Source: Eledone cirrhosa (Eukaryota). From it: 64,000 nt of DNA. Positions 56,016 through 64,000 of the stretch are shown piece by piece. A program made the position numbers and the translations under genes. How positions within the stretch are numbered: the stretch's first letter is position 1; each line of letters opens with the position of its first letter. The notes under the pieces are model-generated. The model was not told the origin of the DNA and searched no databases. It was given only the letters and a program-made list of their open reading frames with translations. The stretch is taken from positions 94,054,001 to 94,118,000 of the forward strand of contig OZ024742.1 of NCBI GenBank assembly GCA_964016885.1. Reading direction: 5' to 3'.

Positions 56016-58259
56016 AAATAAGTAAGTCAAATATGTAAAATTTGGCTTAGTTTATTATGAATTATAAATTTACTGCTATATATATATCGGTGACAGCCAT
56101 TATTGGCTGTGACCTCTTGAGGCAGTCAGAATTGGTGTGGAAAAGACAGGTACACATGTTGTTGAAGTGTATTTCACTCTGTCAATACATTGATATGTCC
56201 AGCTCATGGGTGTGTTGTTAGTCCTCCAAGGAACTGGAATCATATGTGCTAGAACAAACGATTTTCAGCGTCATAGGACACGCTTATATCCCATTGGTCA
56301 GTTGTGAGACCACTCCTCAGTCAAAAGTCTATAGAAATTCTTTTGAGGCATGTCAGCCTGTTATAGTTGTTTTTGTCAGAATGTTTAAGTACATCTGACC
56401 TCCTTCACTGTGTTGGTAGAGGTAGTGGTGTTAAGAGGTCAGCTAGCAGGTCAACTTTAGTATGCTGCTGTTATGGTCTAAATAATTTATGTGTGTAGAC
56501 TGGCTTCTATCCTGCCACCATTTCACGTGGTGCTGGATGACAAACAAATAAAGAATATAAACTGAAATAAAAAGACCTGTGTGTTAGAATCGAGAAGTGT
56601 AAAGAATTACAATTCTTATTGTAGCATAGAGTACGTACGTGTGATTGTCCGTCAGTGCGCACCATTGCGTGTGCACATGTATAAACACAGGCTCGGTGCA
56701 TTCACCTATTTACGTCCACACAGTCCAACAACAGATGGGTGCGTTTTAAAAACAAATCAGGTAAAGGTGGAGTGAAAAATACAAAAAACCTGTTTGTCAA
56801 AATCCAGAAGTGTAAAGGAGTAAAATTCCTATTTCAGCATAAAGTACATATGCGTGTATGTTTGTCAACGCACACCGTTGCAAGCACACACGCACAAACA
56901 AGGCTCAGGTGCATTCCCATATTACGTCTACACAGTCACACACACGCATACACATAATTCCATATACGCCCACATGTGGATGTACCCACACGGACACAGG
57001 GTCAAAGTCACCTCTGGAGGTGTGGAGAGGGGTAAGTGATAGTAATAGGCACATCATATTTACTTGTGGTATTTATCCCTGACTCATTCGTCAGAAGGGG
57101 GTCTGGTTCGAGGCAGGCTATCCTCCCGGTATTCGGGTCACATATCGGAAACTTGGTGTGCCTGTTTCCACAGAGGATAGGACTCCACCGATGTACTTCG
57201 TCTATTTATATCATCTAGTGTCAGCTAACTTGAGTTCTGGTTTAGGAAGTGAGAGAGAGAGGTTGACCACAGCGGTATGAGGCATGGTTTTTAGCTGCTA
57301 GGTAGGTGTGTTTCTATAGGAGTCGATCGGGGCGGGAGTAGAGGTGGGGAGTGGTTTACCTTGGGTTGGTGTGACGGGGCTGCTGTCCCTATAGCTTGAG
57401 GGAAGTTCCCATCCCAATGGGTTGTTATCCATATAGCTTGAGGAAGGTTCCAGCCCTGAGCTGTCTACATGTACCAAAGAAGTCTGTCCTGAGGTTGATT
57501 AGGCTGATCCCATCACTGAGTATCTCGATGGTCTCGCTCAGACATAGGGTGAAGATGCCAGATCCTCCTCTATCAGGTGGCACTTTCCTGATATTGGACC
57601 AAGCCAGAGAGTATGGGGTCCTGTCCAGCTTGAGCTTCCTAATCAGTTAGGAAAGAGCAGTACTTTTCCTTTTGCTCTCTCTTATTAAAGGAATGGCGAT
57701 GGTTATACCATCTGTCTTTGAAACTCGTTGAGTTGGGGGTTTTTACTCTACATCCGTATACCAAGTTCTTCATGAGGCATACATTACTAAGGGGGCCTAT
57801 TGTGGGGTTCCCGTTGCGTAGTATAGGGTGGTCTGCCCGGGGACCGGTGGGAGGTCCCTGGGTCTGTTTGGGTTCCCAGGGTGGATGCCGGTTCTACGAT
57901 TCTTTCCCTCCACATGCCTCTGCTGGGTCCTTATATTGCCAGCTGCTGGTTGTGTGTAGTTTCTAAGTCTACTCCTATTGATGTCAGCTATGTGCTGGGC
58001 TACGTTGCGCGTGGTAGAATACGACAGCTTCACAGTGTGCCTGTTGAAGATCTTGTGGTACCTGTGGTCCCTCAGGAAGCATTTATCTAGTGAAACACAC
58101 TTCAACAACATGTGTACCTGCCTTTTCCACACCAATTCAGACTGTCTGAAGAGGTCACATCCAATAATAGCTGTCACTGAAATATATATAGCAGTAAATT
58201 ATTAATTTATAACAAACGAAGCCAAATTTTACATATTTGACTTACTTATTTTATTTTAC
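56011..58259 (-). mobile_element. 5'-truncated PLE (GIY-YIG, long 3' UTR) with inverted 170-bp terminal segment
   Basis: HRYHKIFNRHTVKLSYS, CLMKNLVY, FKDRWYNHRHSF, STALS, LCLSE; 56011-56178 mirrors 58090-58259. Confidence 0.85.
58141..58195 (+). ncRNA. Type I HHR in PLE terminal repeat (mirror ~56061-56117, minus)
   Basis: ACTGT CTGAAGA GGTCACA..TGTCACT GAAA TATATA TA GCAGT. Confidence 0.7.
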
Positions 58260-58269
58260 ATTACTCCGG

Positions 58270-58920
58270 AGTAAACAAACCAACCTGCGCACTTCGTCAT
58301 TAGCTAAGATCTTTCACTCCCTTATTATGAAGCATTTCCCCCAGCACATAAATATAATACATTTTTTAATAGAAATACTATTAAAATGTCTTACTCTACG
58401 ATTCCGAACCTTGCACATAACAACACTGCTTCAAATTTAGCTAAATTACCTAGTCGTAGGAACACGTGAAACCCTGTAGCTAGTACTAACTGTAATTGTA
58501 GGAATCGGGTTGACTGCTCCCTATCCGGGAAATGCCTCTCTAGTAACATTGTCTACAAATGTAAGGTTGAGACGTAGGGCCTACATGGGGTTAACCGCCA
58601 ATAGATTCAAGCAGCGTCTTTACATGCATACCCATTCTTTTATTAAACTTTTAAGAAGGAATATGACGTCACTTTCAGCTTATATCTGGAGTCTAAAAGA
58701 CAACCACACTCAATATAGGTTACACTGGGAGATCCTAGCTAAGGCTAGATCGTATAACGGAAATAAAAGACCATGTGACCTCTGCGCCGCTGAAGCCCTG
58801 GAAATACTCTACGCCAATGACCACATCTTAAACAAAAAATCTGAGGCAATTTCGGCTTGTAAACATAAATTGAACAAAACTTTCCTGTATTACAGCCCCA
58901 CTTTATACCCTAACGGATAG
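58270..58920 (+). pseudogene. PLE thumb-linker-GIY-YIG fragment
   Basis: FNRNTIKMSYS, CNCRNRVDCSLSGKCLSSNIVY, YMGLT..FKQRLYMH, TSLSAYIWSLK, CDLC, LNKKSE. Confidence 0.88.
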
Positions 58921-59399
58921 TACGAACTATACGCGGATGAGTTACATATTGATGTGGAAGCTAAGTATATTTTATGTTTATACCATTACTTATTTGTATA
59001 GGTAAGTATATATCACCTGTATGTTTGTGAAGGTACGTATACTTTGTCGTACGTATATTGGCTTGTATTTGTTATAGGCGTATATACTATATTATATATA
59101 CTGGTACATGTATATATGGTTATGTGTATACCCGAGTTTTGCGTTCGTGTGTGTGTGTATGCGGGTTTGCACGTATGTAGGGTGTGTGCATATGTGTACT
59201 TTGCGTTTTGGTTAACGTACGTTTAGCGAAAATTTTGTATACATTACATGTGGGTGTGGGTGTGCGCGCGTTATATACGTATTTATGTGTGTATATTTAT
59301 ATATGTTTATATAATTATATGTATACGCGCGCACACACACACACACATGTATATATATATATATATATATATTTTATTTTCCTGAACAAAAAATCCAAA

Positions 59400-59868
59400 A
59401 TGTAAAGCCACTTTAAGACGTGAAATAATCAGATCTAGCGTAATGTAAAATTTGAACAAAGTAGGTTGATTAATGTGGGAGCTAGAGTCGAAAGCGTGGA
59501 AATTTGAGTCTAAAAGTTGTATTTGTGAATATTGAAGCGGCTGCTCCGTGATTCGTGAACAACAAATGCAAAATATATAGCCATTGCAGGATGTGCAATG
59601 ATAAATTCCATTTTGCTTTAAAATTTGAACGAAATCCGTGGCAAAATCTGGGAGCTAGAGCAAAAAATCTTATTTTTCGATACCTAAAAAAAGGTGACTC
59701 CCCTATCGATTTTTATCTGCAGAATGACCCCGGAATAAAAAAAAAACGATACGCTGATACATAGAAAACAATCCCCGATGACTGTAAAGTTTCATCATGA
59801 AAATCGGTCGTAAGATGTAGGCCCCTATAGGTAATACGCAGACACAGACACACACACATACTTACTAT

Positions 59869-59880
<12 letters not shown>
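59400..59880 (+). mobile_element. Possible non-autonomous Helitron/Helentron-like element
   Basis: AAGTTTCATCATGAAAATCGGTC followed by an ACAG/AC microsatellite and TATTATATATA end; resemblance only. Confidence 0.35.
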
Positions 59881-59921
<41 letters not shown>

Positions 59922-61911
59922 ATCTTATAAAATGTGTGGTATTACAGTTAAAAACAATTAAAAATTAAAGATTTAAAATTAAGTGTTGAGGCAAGTTTGT
60001 TCATCTTTCTTGTTGAGAAGAAGCCTGGAAAAATGGAATCTTGTATATATATAGAAAGAAGTAGTCATGGTAGTGGTAGTAGTAGTAGTAGTAGTAGTAG
60101 TAATGTTTTTTCACACAGAACAAAATTATTTTTAGGGAGAGGAAGATGTTCTGTAAATGTGTGTGTGTATCTCAATTGTGTTAATGGATTGGTCAAGAGT
60201 TCAGATGAGGGTGGCGAAGAGGGAGAATGTAAGCTAGAGACAAATTCTATGGGTTGGTAAAAGTACTGTTATAAAAGAAATTCTATTTTTGGAATATGGT
60301 TTTACAGAGTATTAGAGTGTAAGAATATTCTTTCAGCTATCAGGGAGGTTCCTTAGACGTTATCAACTACTGCTACTTTGATTGCCTAAATAACAAAATG
60401 TGCTAATAACTTCTATGGAACCTAACTGATAACTGAAAGAATATACTTCACATAAGTTCTTAGAATCTACGTTTCCTGTGCATCTGCTACATCTGTTAAT
60501 CTGCCTGCAATCTCACTACATCGTTTGCACATCCATACTGTGGGGTGGAAAATCATGTTAAGGAATGTTTTCCATTAATTTGACAAAAAACAATTTCCAT
60601 ACAAAATTAAAGAATTAATATCTAAGGGTACAAAATGTTGCTTTGGCTCACTTGTTCAAATTAAGTATGTGGGTGAATTAGTGTGGATGTTATGTTGAAT
60701 TATTTCCCTTTGTTTGCACTGTTTTGTTAATGATAAATTGTAAAAAAACAATAAATTGAAAGTGAATTTTTTCTTTCCATTTATTTATTCTTGCGCTGTA
60801 TTATATTTTTATTCATTTCTAAATGGGCGCTTTGGGTGTAGACTTTTGGTATTGATTGATGTTTTGAAATATATTGTCCCATAATACATGTTTTAATTGA
60901 TGTGATAACGAAAAAGGTTCTGGAACAAATTAGATTTGTTACCAAATGATTAATTACTTATATATATATATATAATTTACATTAACATTTAGCATATCAC
61001 TAATGTATAATATATTTATATAATATATAAAAACGTTAATTCACAAATCAGGAACATTTAAATGCCATTTTTCTTTGCTTAGATCATCATAAATGATAGC
61101 TACACTGATGGACGAGATAACACCTTAAAGTTGTTTAAAATTAATGATGATTAGACAACATATACACATCAAAAGCCATACAACCTCAGTGATGCTCTCT
61201 TTGTGAAACAATTTGAATAATATATTGAAGAGATGTTATTTTCAAATGTATTATAGCAATTATGGTTGGTGGAATATATGATATAAAGATCAAGTATTTG
61301 GAGGGGAAAAAATATATATAATAATATAATGATAATAATATTAATTATAATAACAATAATAGTAAATAGTAGGAGAAGAAGAAGAAAAAAGAACACAAAA
61401 TTAATATTACATTAAAAATATTATTGATAAAATAATGTTACAATACAATAATATAAACATTAAATAATACTATCAGAATAAAGAAATAATAATAATAATA
61501 ATAAAAATAATAATAATAACAATAATAATAATAATAATAACAAGACAAAAATAATCATAACAAAAATATGTAATGTTCTTGCTAATTTTCACATGATTTA
61601 TGTAATTTATGTGATAACAAATTCAGTTAAAATCCATCTGGAAATATATGTTTCTTTTATCCATTTATAATAGAATATATATTCATTTATTTTGCAATTC
61701 ATTATTTTTCATTTTTACTGCTTCACTGTCTGTCGCCTTTTAATGTCCTCTTCCTCCCTATTTCTGTCTATCTCTCTCCATTTTCCTCTTTTCCAAACAC
61801 CATACCCAACACTCGATGTATTTTGCTGCAAAACCATTTCATTTAGACTAATTACCATTTTGATGGAAATTTAATTAATATCCTTTCGAAATTTACAAGT
61901 ATAATTCCATG

Positions 61912-61932
61912 TACACACACATACATAAATAC

Positions 61933-62003
<71 letters not shown>

Positions 62004-62066
62004 TATATGTGTGTTTGTATATGCAAATATATATATAATGTATGTATATATATATATGTGTGTATG

Positions 62067-62151
<85 letters not shown>

Positions 62152-62250
62152 GTATATATATATATGTATATATATGTATATATATATGTATATATATGTA
62201 TATATATGTATATATATATATGTATATATATATATATGTATATATATATG

Positions 62251-62281
<31 letters not shown>

Positions 62282-62322
62282 GTATATATATATGTATATA
62301 TATATATATGTATATATATATG

Positions 62323-62413
<91 letters not shown>

Positions 62414-62517
62414 GTATATATATATATATATAAATATATGAACATTGATGCATTATCTTATGTATACTTTCCCTAATTACATATAATCCTATATAAATTA
62501 ATGTATGTATATATGTA

Positions 62518-62555
<38 letters not shown>

Positions 62556-62560
62556 TATAT
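61912..62560. repeat. Long (TA)n/(TATATG)n microsatellite
   Basis: Directly visible. Confidence 0.9.
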
Positions 62561-64000
62561 ACACATGCAAATATGAATATATGTGTTTGGATGCATGCAT
62601 GTATGGATTTGTGTATGTGTGTGCTTGGTTCTTTTTGTAAGTTTACATACAAACTATTCTTACATTAACAGAAATTATTCCACCAGATTTTCACTTTCTC
62701 CCATTTCGCTCTTTCTCCCATTTCGCTCTTTCATTTTAATGTCTCTCCATTTTCATACTTCATTATACAGCCACAAACACTCTGATGTGTCAATAATATA
62801 TAAGTTATTGTGAAACAATTATAAAAGAAGTATTTAATTAACAAATCCTTAATTTATAAAAATAATTATCAGATATTAACTTCTAAAGAATATTGCCATA
62901 TCTGCAAACTCATTGCCATATACACAGCCTCTTTATTCAGATATCCTCAAATGATATTATAGATTAACTTTTTTTTTATATGCACCTTCTTGTACCAATA
63001 AATATTAGTAGTTAAGAAGTTGGCTCTGCAATCATGTGTTCAGTTGCACTGCGTGGCCTCATGTGCAAATATCTTTCCCAGAGCTCCTCAGGTTGGCCCA
63101 AGTTTGTGAGTGAAATTGGAGTGATTGAAGCTATTTAGAAGCCTGTAGGATAGATTATGCTTGTAATTCAAGTTCCTTGTCACTTGTTGAGGGAAACTGA
63201 TTCAGCTTATGTATTGTGTATCTTTATGAATTAGACATCAGGTTGAATGACAACTGAAGAATCAAGCATCACCATTTTTGTTTCCTTGAACAGAAATTGA
63301 ACAATCTTACACAAACTCACAAACATTATCCCAAAACAAACAAAAAAAATGATTTTAAGGAAAAGGCAAAGCAGATGAATACTTTTTCAAGAAAGATATC
63401 TGTAAACTAAAAATCTGAACAAACTGCCTGCAACAGAATTAACTCTGTTAAAGGTGTTAAGTCAGGTGACATGAATTCTACACCTGTAGAACTCGGAATG
63501 CAAATTAAATACTGCATGGCACACCTGACACTCTAAATGGCAAATTTACCATGCTGGACAAGGGATTTATTTTAGCAATACAAAAAGGAAAGAAAGCAAA
63601 GATAACCATAGCAGGATTTGAATTCAGAGGAAAGGAATTATTAGGTCATGTATTACTAGATAAACCTAGATTGTTAACAGAGATGATCATGACAGGAACA
63701 CTTGCATGATTAAGGTTGACCTAGGGTTACACAATAACTAAACAACAACAAACCTCGTACTTTCTATCATATTTGAATGTGTTATCAGGCAATGTTCTCA
63801 ATGCAAGCACAGTATAGTTACAACACAGATCATGCTATGAAATGTAGCCTAAGTCAGTCATCATCATCATCATCATCATCCTAGTTTTTATGTCCACTTG
63901 CATGGGTTGGAAGGAAACAAAAATAGTGATGCTGGATTCTCCAGTTTTCATGATGAGCATCCAATTATTCATTCAACCAAATGTCCAACTCATAAAGATG

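Overview
AT-rich, microsatellite-saturated eukaryotic DNA with no host gene that I can support. Almost all long ORFs in the track are translated (TA)n/(CA)n/(GAT)n repeats. The repeat complement (tRNA-SINEs, RTE, R4/Dong, Penelope-like elements) resembles a coleoid cephalopod such as octopus; this is inference only. Recognisable elements: decayed Penelope-like elements (PLEs; RT plus GIY-YIG) of several lineages, R4/Dong-type LINEs stacked in (TAA)n, RTE remnants, Tc1/mariner copies (maT DD37D, rosa-like, a MITE), two hAT remnants and many SINEs. The main unannotated signal is about 13 short non-coding families, most with no evident similarity to each other, and more than 25 motifs. They carry type I hammerhead ribozyme (HHR) cores (CUGANGA - stem II - GAAA - stem III - UH) and sit in (TA)n tracts, either as 440-670 bp tandem arrays (retrozyme-like) or as head-to-head fold-back palindromes with a one-sided tail. 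Some palindromes fold back at HHR stem II, some arms lost stem II between GAA microhomologies, and one hairpin has strongly strand-biased G.U mismatches. Ribozyme folds and arm comparisons were done by eye and need computational confirmation.
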